From an uncultured Ktedonobacterales bacterium (lineage in GTDB: Bacteria > Chloroflexota > Ktedonobacteria > Ktedonobacterales > JADMIN01): a stretch of 34,998 nt of DNA. Location of the stretch: the NCBI GenBank assembly GCA_964416775.1, contig CAYQFU010000007.1:1420-36417 (forward strand), given 5' to 3'. Every line of letters begins with the position of its first letter. Position 1 is the stretch's first letter. The notes beneath the pieces were generated by a model. It did no database searches. It had not been told where the DNA came from and saw only the letters and a list, made by a program, of their open reading frames with translations. The position numbers were made by a program, and so were the translations under genes. Shown piece by piece: positions 16,320-26,629 of this stretch.

Positions 16320-18083
16320 ATGAACGCGCAGCTCGTACGGCACGTGGCAGCTGTCCGTGGCGCACTGCTGGTCACGGTCACACTGGGTATCCTCAGCACA
16401 GGGGCAATGTTGGCGCAGATGGGGCTGCTCAGCAGCATCGTGAGCCGCGTCTTCCTAGATCGGGCAGGTCTGCCCGCGGTCTGGCCGGCGCTCGTGCTGC
16501 TGCTGGGCGCGGGCGTGGCGCGGGCGATACTCAACGGCGGGCGCGAGGTTGCTGCCCAGCGGGCGGCAGTGCGCGTCAAGTCCGCGATGCGAGCGCAGCT
16601 CTTCGCGCATCTCTTGCGGCTCGGTCCCGCGCACAGCCGCGACGGCGGAACAGGAGAGCTGGTTACGACGGCGGTCGAGGGCATCGAGCGCCTCGACGCG
16701 TACGTCAGCCGGTACCTGCCGCAGATGGCCCTGAGCGTGCTCATACCGCTCACCATCGCCGGCGTGCTGATACCCATCGACCTCACCAGCGCGGCGCTGT
16801 TGCTGTGCACGGCGCCGATCATCCCCTTGCTCATGGTCGTGGTGGGCACTCATGCCGAGCAGCACATCCAGCGCCAGTGGACCGCGCTCACGCGCCTGGG
16901 AGCGTACTTCCTCGACGCGGTGCAAGGGTTGCCTACGCTCCAGCTCTATGGGCGCGCGGAGGCGGAAAGCGACCGCGTCGGGCGCGTCAGCGAGCGCTTT
17001 CGCGAGCGGACGCTGAGCGTGCTGCGCATGGCCTTCCTCTCTGGTCTGGTGCTCGAGTTCTTGACGCTCGGCGCCATCGGCGTGGTCGCCGTGACGCTGG
17101 GGGTGCGCCTGCTCGACGGCAACATCAGCTTCGCACGCGCGTTCTTCGTGCTGCTGGTGACGCCCGAGTTCTACCGGCCGCTGCGCGATCTGGGTGTCCA
17201 GCGCCATGCCGGCATGGAAGGCAAAGTCGCGATGGACCAGATCGGCGCGATACTCGCACTGACGCCGCCGGTCGCCGACCACGCATCCATGGACGGTGTG
17301 GCCGCACCGACGGCACAGCAGCAAGCGCCGCTCACGATCCGGCTGTGCGACGTGACCTACACGTACCCCGGCAGCGATCACCCCGCACTGGACGGCATCA
17401 CCCTCACGCTGCAGCCGGGAACACGGACCGCGGTGGTGGGACGCAGCGGGGCAGGCAAGAGCACGCTCATCGACCTGCTCCTGCGGTTCCGCGACGTCCA
17501 GGGCGGCACGATCACGGTCAATGATCTCCCGCTGGAGCAGTTGCCGCCAGAGGTCTGGCGCGAACAGGTGGCGCTCGTGCCCCAGCGGCCGTACCTGTTT
17601 GCCGGCAGCGTGCGGGAGAACCTGCTGCTTGCCCGGCCGGACGCGGCCGACGCGGAGCTGCTGCGGGCGTGCGAGCTTGCCGGACTGGCGGACGTCGTCG
17701 CGGGGCTGCCGCACGGACTCGACACGCCGCTTGGCGAGCGGAGCACCGGCGTGAGCGCTGGACAGGCGCAGCGGTTGGCCATCGCCCGCGCTTTCCTCAA
17801 AGATAGTCCGTTGCTGATCCTCGACGAGCCAACGTCGAGTCTGGATCCCGAAAGTGAGGCGCTGATCCGGAGGGCGCTGGGGGTGCTGATGCAGGGAAGG
17901 ACGGTGCTCGTGGTGGCTCACCGGCTGAATACGGTGATAGCGGCGGAGCAAATCGTCGTCCTCGAGCGAGGTCGCATCGCCGAGGTCGGCACGCACGCCG
18001 ACCTGTTGCGACGCGGCGGGGCATACGCGCGGCTCATCGAAGCGGGGAGCCGCAGCGGCACGGCGGTGGAGGTGCCTGGATGA
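16320..18083 (+). CDS. cydD: Thiol reductant/heme ABC exporter subunit CydD
   Basis: LDAYVSRYLPQ, VLRMAFLSGLVLEF, PEFYRPLRDLG, Walker A GRSGAGKS, VSAGQAQR, LILDEPT. Confidence 0.92.
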   Translation: MNAQLVRHVAAVRGALLVTVTLGILSTGAMLAQMGLLSSIVSRVFLDRAGLPAVWPALVLLLGAGVARAILNGGREVAAQRAAVRVKSAMRAQLFAHLLRLGPAHSRDGGTGELVTTAVEGIERLDAYVSRYLPQMALSVLIPLTIAGVLIPIDLTSAALLLCTAPIIPLLMVVVGTHAEQHIQRQWTALTRLGAYFLDAVQGLPTLQLYGRAEAESDRVGRVSERFRERTLSVLRMAFLSGLVLEFLTLGAIGVVAVTLGVRLLDGNISFARAFFVLLVTPEFYRPLRDLGVQRHAGMEGKVAMDQIGAILALTPPVADHASMDGVAAPTAQQQAPLTIRLCDVTYTYPGSDHPALDGITLTLQPGTRTAVVGRSGAGKSTLIDLLLRFRDVQGGTITVNDLPLEQLPPEVWREQVALVPQRPYLFAGSVRENLLLARPDAADAELLRACELAGLADVVAGLPHGLDTPLGERSTGVSAGQAQRLAIARAFLKDSPLLILDEPTSSLDPESEALIRRALGVLMQGRTVLVVAHRLNTVIAAEQIVVLERGRIAEVGTHADLLRRGGAYARLIEAGSRSGTAVEVPG

Positions 18084-19885
18084 GCACATTGGCCACTCTG
18101 CTGCGCTGGCTCATGCCGTTCCGCTGGCAAGTAGCGCTCGCCGCGGTGCTCGGCGCCATCATGATCGCATGCAACATCGGGCTGCTCGGCATGGCAGCGT
18201 ACCTGATCGCCGACGCGGCGCTGCGGCCGCTCCTGTTGACCCTCACCTTGCCAATCTATCTGGTGCGTTTCGCCGGCGTGGCCCGGGCGGGCGCACGTTA
18301 CGCGGAGCGCCTGGTCGGCCACAACGTCACCTTTCGCCTGCTAGCACGGCTGCGCGCCCAGGTCTATCGCCGGCTGGCGCGCATGGCGCCGGGGCAACTG
18401 CTGGCCTATCGCAGCGGCGACCTGCTGGCGCGCCTGGTCGCGGACGTCGACGAGCTGCAGCACATCTATCTGCGCGTTGTGGGGCCGTTCCTCGTGGCCG
18501 GGCTCATCGCGCTGTTGACTTCAGGCGTGCTGGCAGTCTTCAGTCCGGTGCTGGCCTGGGCGGCGCTCGCGTTCCTGGGAATCGCGGGGATCGGTATCCC
18601 GCTGCTGGCGGGGCGACTCGGCCGCCACCTGGGAGAGCAACAGCCCGCGGCGCGAGCCGAGCTCAATACGCAGCTCGTGGATGGTATTCAGGGCGTGCGA
18701 GACATCCTCGCGTTCGGACGGGAGCATGACTACCAGGAGCACATCCGCGCCCGGGATGGTGTGCTGGCGCAGCTGCAGCGGAGAATGGCGCTCGTCAGCG
18801 GACTGGAGCAGGGGCTCAACGAGGTCACACAGTCAGTCGCGGTGTGGACGGTGCTTGTGCTGGCCATTCCGCTGGTTCGCGACCAGCGCATCGGCGGTGT
18901 GTACCTGGCCTTCCTGGCGTTGGTGATGCTGGCAAGCTTCGAGGCCGTGCAGCCCCTGGCGCCGGCGCTGCAGCACCTCGGTCGCGCCCTGACCTCGGGG
19001 CAGCGCGTACGGGCCGTTCTGGAGGCTGCGCCGGGGCTGGTGGAGAGCGGAGAGACGTTCTCGGCGCTCGCCAGCCATGAGGAGGCTCAGCATGCTGAGC
19101 CGAGGGGGGATCATGCGCCAGAGCTGGCGTTCGAGGACGTATCCTTCACGTACGCCGCTGAGGACCGGCCCGCCCTGACGGACATCAGCTTCACGGTGCC
19201 TTCCGGCGGGCGGATCGCCATCGTGGGACCAAGCGGTGCCGGCAAGAGCACGCTCGCGCGCCTGGCGCTGCGGCTGGAGGACCGCACCAGCGGTACCATC
19301 CGCCTCGACGGCGACGATATCCGCCACTGCGCGTTTCGCGACCTGCGGGCGCGGATCGGCCTCGTCGCCCAGGATAGCCACATGTTCAACACGACTCTGC
19401 GGGCAAACCTGCAAGTGGCCAGGCCAAACGCGGCGGATGAAGAGTTGATCGAGGCACTGGAACTGGCACAACTCGGCGAGTGGGTGCGAGAGCTCCCCGA
19501 CGGACTGGGCACCTGGATCGGCGAGCAAGGGCAGCGGCTCTCGGGCGGCGAGCGCCAGCGAGTCGCGCTGGCCCGCGCACTCCTCTATGACGCCCCACTG
19601 CTGCTGCTGGATGAGCCAACCGCCAACCTGGATACCATTACCGAACGCGCGTTGCTGGATGCCATCGAGCCTGTCATGTGCCAGCGCACGACGGTCGTGA
19701 TTACGCATCGGTTGTGCCGCATGGAGCGGATGGATGAGATCGTCGTGTTGGATGGGGGTCGGATCGTCGAGCGAGGCACGCACGTGCAGCTCCTCGCGGC
19801 GGACGGACTGTATCGGCGCATGTTCGATCTCCAGAGCGGCATGCTGACACTAGACGCAGACCAGACGGAGGCCACGCATGGATGA
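18080..19885 (+). CDS. cydC: Thiol reductant/heme ABC exporter subunit CydC
   Basis: RYAERLVGHNVTFRLLARLR, GDLLARLVADVDELQ, GPSGAGKS, LSGGERQR; ATGA overlap with cydD. Confidence 0.92.
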   Translation: MSTLATLLRWLMPFRWQVALAAVLGAIMIACNIGLLGMAAYLIADAALRPLLLTLTLPIYLVRFAGVARAGARYAERLVGHNVTFRLLARLRAQVYRRLARMAPGQLLAYRSGDLLARLVADVDELQHIYLRVVGPFLVAGLIALLTSGVLAVFSPVLAWAALAFLGIAGIGIPLLAGRLGRHLGEQQPAARAELNTQLVDGIQGVRDILAFGREHDYQEHIRARDGVLAQLQRRMALVSGLEQGLNEVTQSVAVWTVLVLAIPLVRDQRIGGVYLAFLALVMLASFEAVQPLAPALQHLGRALTSGQRVRAVLEAAPGLVESGETFSALASHEEAQHAEPRGDHAPELAFEDVSFTYAAEDRPALTDISFTVPSGGRIAIVGPSGAGKSTLARLALRLEDRTSGTIRLDGDDIRHCAFRDLRARIGLVAQDSHMFNTTLRANLQVARPNAADEELIEALELAQLGEWVRELPDGLGTWIGEQGQRLSGGERQRVALARALLYDAPLLLLDEPTANLDTITERALLDAIEPVMCQRTTVVITHRLCRMERMDEIVVLDGGRIVERGTHVQLLAADGLYRRMFDLQSGMLTLDADQTEATHG

Positions 19886-21260
19886 CCCGACAATCCTCTC
19901 GCGATTGCAATTCGCCTTCACGGCGGGGTTTCACTATCTCTTTCCTCAGCTGACGATGGGCCTCGCGCTGCTGATTGTGGTGTTGAAGACGCTCTACTTG
20001 CGGCGCAAGAACGAGCTGTACAACGCCGCCGCGCACTTCTGGGGGCGCCTGTTCGCCATCACGTTCGTCACGGGCGCGGTGACTGGCATTCCGCTGGAGT
20101 TTCAGTTCGGCACCAACTGGGCGCGCTTCTCGGTTGCTGCCGGCGGCATCATCGGCCAGACGCTGGCGATGGAGGGCGCCTTCGGTTTTTTCCTGGAATC
20201 GGCGTTCCTCGGTATCTTCCTATTCGGCGAGCAGGTCTTTGGCCAGAGGCTCCACTGGCTCTCGGCGGTTTTGGTGTGGCTCGGGACCTGGGCATCCGGG
20301 TACTTCATCATCGCCTCGAATGCCTGGATGCAGCATCCGGTGGGATATACCGTCAGCTCGGACGGGCGTTTCAATCTCACGAACTATTGGGCGGTGGTCT
20401 TCAACTCGTGGATCGGGCCGCAGTTCCTCCACACCATGGGCGGCGCCGTGCTGACGGGATCCTTCGCGATGGCCGGACTCGGCGCGTACTATCTGCTCGC
20501 GCGGCAGCACACCGACTTCGGGCGGCTGTTCGTCACACTGGGCGTGACCGCCGGGCTCATCGCTGGCGTGGTGCAGCTGTGGCCGAGCGGCGACCTGGAA
20601 GGACAGCAGGTGACCGTTAACCAGCCGACAAAGCTGGCGGCAATGGAGGGGCTGTTCCACACCGAGAGCGGCGCTGGGATCGTAATACTGGGCCAGCCGG
20701 ACCCGACGACGGGTACGCTCGACAATCCGCTCATCGTGCCAGATGCCTTGAGCTTCTTGACGTATCGGCAGTGGACGGCCAAGGTCAAGGGGCTCGACGC
20801 ATTCCCCGCCGACCAGCGGCCCGACAGCGTGGCGCTGCTTTACTACAGCTACCATATCATGGTCGGGCTGGGCACGATCTTCATCGCCATCATGGGTCTC
20901 GCGGGGTTGCTGCTGTGGCGACGCAAGCTCTTCGATCCGCGCTGGCGTTGGATGCTGTGGGTGCTGTTTCTGGCGATGCCGTTCCCGTTCATCGCCAACA
21001 CGGCAGGTTGGTTCACGGCCGAGGTTGGGCGCCAACCGTGGGTCGCCTTCGGACTACTGAGGACCGTGCAGGGCAATTCCCCAGCCGTCTCGGCGGGCAA
21101 CGTGCTGTTCACCGTGCTGGGCTTTGCTGGCATGTATCTCCTGCTTGGTCTGCTGTATGTCGTGTTGGTGGTGCAAGAGTCATTTGAGGGGCCCAAGCTC
21201 CAGAAAGCGGAACCGGAGACGCAGACACCCACAGTGGCGTCCGATCCACTGCTCGACTAG
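19878..21260 (+). CDS. cydA: Cytochrome bd ubiquinol oxidase subunit I
   Basis: SRLQFAFTAGFHYLF, EFQFGTNW, NAWMQHP, QPTKLAAMEG, YHIMVG, EVGRQPW; short Q-loop. Confidence 0.96.
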   Translation: MDDPTILSRLQFAFTAGFHYLFPQLTMGLALLIVVLKTLYLRRKNELYNAAAHFWGRLFAITFVTGAVTGIPLEFQFGTNWARFSVAAGGIIGQTLAMEGAFGFFLESAFLGIFLFGEQVFGQRLHWLSAVLVWLGTWASGYFIIASNAWMQHPVGYTVSSDGRFNLTNYWAVVFNSWIGPQFLHTMGGAVLTGSFAMAGLGAYYLLARQHTDFGRLFVTLGVTAGLIAGVVQLWPSGDLEGQQVTVNQPTKLAAMEGLFHTESGAGIVILGQPDPTTGTLDNPLIVPDALSFLTYRQWTAKVKGLDAFPADQRPDSVALLYYSYHIMVGLGTIFIAIMGLAGLLLWRRKLFDPRWRWMLWVLFLAMPFPFIANTAGWFTAEVGRQPWVAFGLLRTVQGNSPAVSAGNVLFTVLGFAGMYLLLGLLYVVLVVQESFEGPKLQKAEPETQTPTVASDPLLD

Positions 21261-21358
21261 TGAGCCCAGTTACGAGCACCGTCGTGGCGGCAGAGGCACT
21301 TGAGCAGATCTGCCTCGATCGCGCGACACGGGGAACACGGAAGACAAGGGAGCCTATC

Positions 21359-22402
21359 ATGCAGACGCTCTGGTTCATCCTGGTGGCACTTATGCTCACC
21401 ATGTACGTCCTGTTGGACGGCTTCGACCTGGGCGCCGGAGTCATACACCTGGTGGTCGCACGGAACGACGCGGAGCGACGTACGCTCCTGCAGGCGATCG
21501 GGCCCGTGTGGGACGGGAACGAGGTCTGGCTCATCGCGGCGGCAGGGACATTGTTCTTCAGCTTTCCAGTACTCTATGCCTCCAGCTTCAGCGGCTTTTA
21601 TCTGCCGCTGATGATCGTGCTGTGGCTGCTGATTCTGCGCGGTATCGCCATCGAGCTACGGGGGACCATCGCGAATCCGGTCTGGACCTCGTTCTGGGAT
21701 GGCGTCTTCTTCTTCGGCAGTGCGCTGCTCGCCATTTTCTTTGGGGCGGCGGCCGGCAACGTGGTGCGGGGCGTGCCGCTCGGCGCGAACGGTACGTTCT
21801 TTGAGGCGCTCTGGACGGACTTCAACCCGCGCAGCGCCCAGCCCGGCATTCTCGACTGGTACACCGTGCTGATTGGTCTGCTAGCGCTGGCAGCGCTCAC
21901 GGCGCATGGGGCGAACTACGTGGCCCTCAAGACGGAAGGGATCGTCAACGCCCGCGCGCGACGTATGGCTCGCCAGGCGTGGGTCGCGACGATCGTACTG
22001 GCGGTCCTCAGCACCATTGCAACGTTCGCCGTGCAGCCGGCGATGCAGGCCGGATTCGCGGCCCGCCCGTGGGGCGCGATCTTTCCGCTCATCGCGCTGG
22101 GCGGGCTGATCGGCATGGGCTACTACAACTGGACGCAGCGCGACGTGGCCGCATGGTTGGCGTCGGGGGCCTTTCTCCTTGGAATGCTGGGGAGCGCGGC
22201 CGTTGGCCTCTATCCGCTCTTGTTGCCAGCGGTGCACCCGGCCAATAGTCTGACGATCTTCAACGCGTCGTCCTCAGCATACACACAGACTGTCGGGCTC
22301 ATCTGGTGGCTGATCGGCATAGCCCTTGCCATCATTTACTTTGTCTTCACGTACCGCCTCTTTTGGGGCAAGGTACAGGTACGGGGAGGTGAGGGATACT
22401 AG
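21359..22402 (+). CDS. cydB: Cytochrome bd ubiquinol oxidase subunit II
   Basis: YVLLDGFDLGAG, IGPVWDGNEVWL, LRGIAIELR, SLTIFNASSS; AGGGAG RBS before ATG 21359. Confidence 0.96.
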   Translation: MQTLWFILVALMLTMYVLLDGFDLGAGVIHLVVARNDAERRTLLQAIGPVWDGNEVWLIAAAGTLFFSFPVLYASSFSGFYLPLMIVLWLLILRGIAIELRGTIANPVWTSFWDGVFFFGSALLAIFFGAAAGNVVRGVPLGANGTFFEALWTDFNPRSAQPGILDWYTVLIGLLALAALTAHGANYVALKTEGIVNARARRMARQAWVATIVLAVLSTIATFAVQPAMQAGFAARPWGAIFPLIALGGLIGMGYYNWTQRDVAAWLASGAFLLGMLGSAAVGLYPLLLPAVHPANSLTIFNASSSAYTQTVGLIWWLIGIALAIIYFVFTYRLFWGKVQVRGGEGY

Positions 22403-22488
22403 GCATGGATGCCAGGTGATCAACACGCGCCGCATTGTTGTTGCCAGTTGGATGTCGGCAGTGCGTGCGCCGGGAGGTCAAGGCGGAC

Positions 22489-23736
22489 ATGAGCGCGACG
22501 ATACCCGAACGGCCGCGAACGAGCGAGAGCAATGAACGGTGGGCGCGCGCGCGAGATATTGGGCTGAGCATTCTGGCGTGGCTGGTGGTCATCGGGGTGG
22601 TTGGCTGGGCGCTGGGGCATATCGCGCGTGCACTGATGGTCCTCGTGTTGGCGTCGCTGCTGGCATTCGTCGTCACGCCCGCGGTGCGCCGGCTGAGTCG
22701 CTGGATGCCGAGGTGGCTGGCGACGGCGATCGTCTACCTGATGGCGCTCGCGTTCATCGCGGGCCTGGGCATGATGATCTTCGCGACAGCGGTATCGCAG
22801 CTGACTTCGTTGGCCAAGAGTCTGCCATCTCTTTTGCAACCGGGTACGCCCGGGCATCCTTCGGCCATCGGCCGTTTAGTTCAGTCGTTCGGGGTGAGCG
22901 AGGCGCAAGTGAACGCAGCCCGCCAGCAGGTACTGGGCTACGTGCAACACACGGCGGGCACCATGGCGACGAATGCGCTGCCGATCATCACCGAGGTCGC
23001 CAACACGCTGCTGGATACCGTACTGGTCTTCGTGCTGAGCATCTACCTGGTGGCGGACGGCCCGAGGGTGGTGAACTGGATCCGGACGGCGCCGCCGACC
23101 AGGCTGCGGAGGCGGGCATTGTTCTTTGTGGATGTGGTGCAGCGGAACGTGGGCGGCTACATCCGCGGGCAGTTCCTGCTCTCAGTGCTGATCGGAGTGC
23201 TGGTGGGCCTGGGCATGGCGGCATTCCAGGTGCCATACGCCTTGCTGCTGGGCGTGCTGGCGTTCGTGCTGGAATTCATCCCCATCCTGGGCACGCTGGT
23301 GTCCGGGGCGATCTGCGTCCTCATCGCGCTGCCGACGCGTGGCGTGCTGATCGCCGTAGGGGTGCTGGCATATTTCGTCATCGTCCACGTCATCGAGGGA
23401 GACGTGGTGGGGCCGCGCATCGTCGGCCGGGTGCTGGGGCTGCACCCGGTGATAGCTATCATCGCGCTGCTGATCGGCAGCGAGCTGTTCGGCATCTGGG
23501 GAGCGCTCTTCGCCTCGCCGGTGGCGGGGGTGATCCAGACCATCGTGGTGGCGGCGTGGCGCGAATGGAAGGAGATGGAAGAGGGCCACACGCCAGCAAC
23601 TCCCCGTTCTGATGCTTACCGCCAGCAGGCCCCACGTGGACCATGGGCCGGCAGGAAGCGGTATCCGGCCGTCGACGCCCCAGCGGAAGATCAGTCAACC
23701 GACGTGGATGAGCAGCGGCAGCCCGGCACAGCGTAG
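22489..23736 (+). CDS. AI-2E family transporter
   Basis: YLVADG, GGYIRGQ, EFIPILG, EGDVVGPRIVG..LGLHP, FGIWGALFASP. Confidence 0.9.
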   Translation: MSATIPERPRTSESNERWARARDIGLSILAWLVVIGVVGWALGHIARALMVLVLASLLAFVVTPAVRRLSRWMPRWLATAIVYLMALAFIAGLGMMIFATAVSQLTSLAKSLPSLLQPGTPGHPSAIGRLVQSFGVSEAQVNAARQQVLGYVQHTAGTMATNALPIITEVANTLLDTVLVFVLSIYLVADGPRVVNWIRTAPPTRLRRRALFFVDVVQRNVGGYIRGQFLLSVLIGVLVGLGMAAFQVPYALLLGVLAFVLEFIPILGTLVSGAICVLIALPTRGVLIAVGVLAYFVIVHVIEGDVVGPRIVGRVLGLHPVIAIIALLIGSELFGIWGALFASPVAGVIQTIVVAAWREWKEMEEGHTPATPRSDAYRQQAPRGPWAGRKRYPAVDAPAEDQSTDVDEQRQPGTA

Positions 23737-23801
23737 TCCCTCCACTCCGCACCTGCAGCCGTGGGTGAGGGGATGACTGAGGAGCGGGCACCAACGCGAC
23801 G

Positions 23802-25829
23802 TCATGCCGACGCCTCGCGATTGGCCTGGGGACTGAGAACGTATTGTGCCAGGCGTGCACCGTCCTCTGTCTCGACGATCGTGGCCTCTGGCAAATCGGC
23901 CAGGCTCGTTGGCTGATCTTCAGTGGCTTCCATGAGCACGATGTCTGGCTGGACCACGCGCAGTGCGTGGGCGATCACTTCTGGCCCGCCCACACGGTAG
24001 ACGAAATACGTCGGCTTGACGCCCTTGCGGTGGCACAGATGCGCGGCTTCAGAAAAGAGGCGCTGCGCATGCTCGTCATAGAGGTAGGGATCGGCGAACT
24101 GCAGCAGCCGAATGTGTTCGATCTTTGCCTTCGCATTGTAGAGGAAGACCATGGGCCGTCCGTGTGCGAGCTCACACGCGGCCGCAACGAGCTGCTCGTA
24201 GTGACGAGTGTCGGGCGAGAGCACGACCAATAGTGAGTTGGGAATGCGGCGGACCAGGATCGTCGGGAAGATAGGCCGGCGCCCTTTGCGGTGCTGATAC
24301 CGATAGTAGATGACGGAGATGGCGACACCCAACACTGTGACCGTGCCGCCGAACTCGGTTGCCAGCGGTTTGGTCTTGAGGTTGGTGAGCCAGGCAATGG
24401 CGACCAGGATGGTCGTGACAATCCCAAGGTAGAAATTCACGTGCGCCCACAAGCGGCTACGAACGCTCGGCGCTCCTCGCGCACGTGCGCCTGCCATTTC
24501 GCGCGACTCAGCGGCAGTGTTTCGCTCGTGGCCGGCGTCATGGTCCGCGTCCTCCTTGATGGGTGCATGGCCATGGCGCTCGCGCCATCGAATCACATCC
24601 AGCGAGAGGCTGGTCAGCGAAAACGCGCCCAACAGCCCAAACGCGTACATGTCGCCAAGTGTGTTGACGTTGCCACTGACCAACGCCAGGACGAAAATGG
24701 GGATCACAGTGACGAGGGCGATAGCCGCGGACGGTGTGCCCCGCCACCGGCTCCGGCGCTGGATGATGCGGGGAAAGAAGCCCATACGAGCGAGCGCGAC
24801 ACAGACATGATAGGCGCCGATGATGGCCGTGTTGCTGGCGAACACGAGCAAGGCCGACGCCGCAATCGCCGTCACGATTTCCAGGAAGCGACCAAAGCTC
24901 GTGCCTCCGGCGACGGCGGCCAGCTCCGAAATGAACTTGTTGGGGTCCGCCTGCGGATGCTGCCCCGCCACAGCAGCGTGCCACACCTGCACCGAGCAGG
25001 TGGTGAAGTGTGGGGTGCAGGCGGTGAGGAGTGTGGTGGAGAAGATGGTGAGCAATGGGCTGGTGATCCCGACCGTGACCACCACGAATCCCAACGCGAG
25101 TGTGACGGTTCGTCGGCGGGGCACGCGCATGGATGGGGAGATCTGCGAGATGCTCTCCAGGCCGGAGAACGCAAGGAACGAGCCCGCGAAGCCGGTCAGC
25201 AGCGTCAGCGGCCTGAGTGGGGTGGAGAACATCAAGGTAAAGGCCTGACCGAGCGCGTGGAGGGGAACATTCAGCGGCAGCGCCACCAGAATAGCGATGT
25301 CGGTAACGAGCGCGACCATGGCCGCGACGGCGCTGACCTCTGCGCTATCTTTGATGCCCCACCAATTGAGCACCCCCAGCAGGGCGATCACCACCACGGA
25401 GAGGAGCAGCACGACTGGAGCGATGCTCTGGAATACGGCGCTCAGATACTGCAGTCCGGAGTCGGCGCTGATGGCGGCGGTCAGGAAATAATCCACCAGG
25501 ATAAGCATGCCGCCAACGTCACCAGCCCAGGGATTGAAGGCGTGAGCAGCGACCGTCACCACTCCCCCGCCCTGCGGAAAGCGCACGCTCACTTCGGCAT
25601 ACTTGAGAGTGAGCAGGAGAAACACCGCGAGCGTCATCGAGACAAACAGACCCGCGAGCAAGCCAACCTGGTTGTAGAGGATCCCAGGGGTGTAGTACAC
25701 GGACGTGCCAATATCCGCGAAGACGACGGCCCAGCACAGAAACGGTCCCAGTTGCGACCGAGGGCGCTCTGAGGCTTCTGATCGCTGTGGAGATGCCGGT
25801 CTCGATGGACTGGGCGGGCTGTGCCCCAT
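23802..25829 (-). CDS. APC-family permease with cytoplasmic C-terminal domain (KimA/KUP-like)
   Basis: VVFADIGTSVYY, FPQGGG, LVDYFLTAAIS, AFSGLESIS, MYAFG; about 12 TM segments, then a soluble USP-like tail. Confidence 0.85.
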   Translation of the reverse strand: MGHSPPSPSRPASPQRSEASERPRSQLGPFLCWAVVFADIGTSVYYTPGILYNQVGLLAGLFVSMTLAVFLLLTLKYAEVSVRFPQGGGVVTVAAHAFNPWAGDVGGMLILVDYFLTAAISADSGLQYLSAVFQSIAPVVLLLSVVVIALLGVLNWWGIKDSAEVSAVAAMVALVTDIAILVALPLNVPLHALGQAFTLMFSTPLRPLTLLTGFAGSFLAFSGLESISQISPSMRVPRRRTVTLALGFVVVTVGITSPLLTIFSTTLLTACTPHFTTCSVQVWHAAVAGQHPQADPNKFISELAAVAGGTSFGRFLEIVTAIAASALLVFASNTAIIGAYHVCVALARMGFFPRIIQRRSRWRGTPSAAIALVTVIPIFVLALVSGNVNTLGDMYAFGLLGAFSLTSLSLDVIRWRERHGHAPIKEDADHDAGHERNTAAESREMAGARARGAPSVRSRLWAHVNFYLGIVTTILVAIAWLTNLKTKPLATEFGGTVTVLGVAISVIYYRYQHRKGRRPIFPTILVRRIPNSLLVVLSPDTRHYEQLVAAACELAHGRPMVFLYNAKAKIEHIRLLQFADPYLYDEHAQRLFSEAAHLCHRKGVKPTYFVYRVGGPEVIAHALRVVQPDIVLMEATEDQPTSLADLPEATIVETEDGARLAQYVLSPQANREASA

Positions 25830-26227
25830 AGGAATCGCTCCGTCTCACTCCGAATGCGGACGAACCGGCGCGCCCACATCGGCTGGGCGTCTGCCAGGCG
25901 CCCCCCACGACGCTCCGCGGGAGCGCTGGGCACGCGTCCGCGGGTTTCCCTCCAGAAAGTAGAAGCTGGGATCAGAATCGGGCGTTCGTGGCGAGTCTGG
26001 GCAGCAGGTGGCCACTATACATGCGCACACGGTCAGTACAGTCTTGAGCGCATGGGCAACACGCGGGGCACGCATACCCTCAGCATGCGACACGAGTGTA
26101 GAGCGAGCGTAATCGAAATCCGCGCGCCCACCCGATGCCGTGCATACGCCACACCCCTGGTCATAAAGCATCAAGCCACGGGCCAAAGTCAACAGGGTGC
26201 GCGGAACCGTCAACGAAGCCCTTCACG

Positions 26228-26629
26228 CTAATAGATCACTCTGCCCAGCACCTGGTCGGCGCGCTCGGCATCGCGACACTCGAAGGTAAGTTGCACGCCC
26301 TGGGCAGGATCAGTAGAGACAACATAGACGCCGTCGATATTGATGCCAGCTTCAGCCAGAGCTTCGCAGGCTTTGAGCAATGCCCCTGGGCGGTTGGGCA
26401 GCCAGGCCACAACCACCTCGACCTGTTGAGGGGAGAATCCTGCCTTCTGGAGGGCGTCCGCGGCGGCGGCCAGATCACTGGGGAGGATTTCGACGACACT
26501 GGACTGCGCGCTGGCCACACCCGCCACGGCATGGATGTTGACACTCGCCTGGGCAATGGGACGGAGCGCTTTGGCCAGCTCTCCAGGGTGGTTGGCCAGC
26601 TCGAGGCGGAGCGCACTCAGGATGGACAT
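26228..26629 (-). CDS. Tandem ACT-domain protein
   Basis: LANHPGELAKAL..IAQASVNI and LPNRPGALLKACEALAEAGINI repeats; GAAAGG RBS. Confidence 0.88.
   Translation of the reverse strand: MSILSALRLELANHPGELAKALRPIAQASVNIHAVAGVASAQSSVVEILPSDLAAAADALQKAGFSPQQVEVVVAWLPNRPGALLKACEALAEAGINIDGVYVVSTDPAQGVQLTFECRDAERADQVLGRVIY

Noticed and set aside
16455-18089. 544-aa minus-strand ORF (also 18833..19783 and 24291..25772)
   Set aside because: Antisense shadows of cydD, cydC and the APC permease.
25830-26227. ydaO/c-di-AMP riboswitch upstream of the KimA-like gene
   Set aside because: The conserved GCTGAA and CAGCTAAC-type motifs are not visible.
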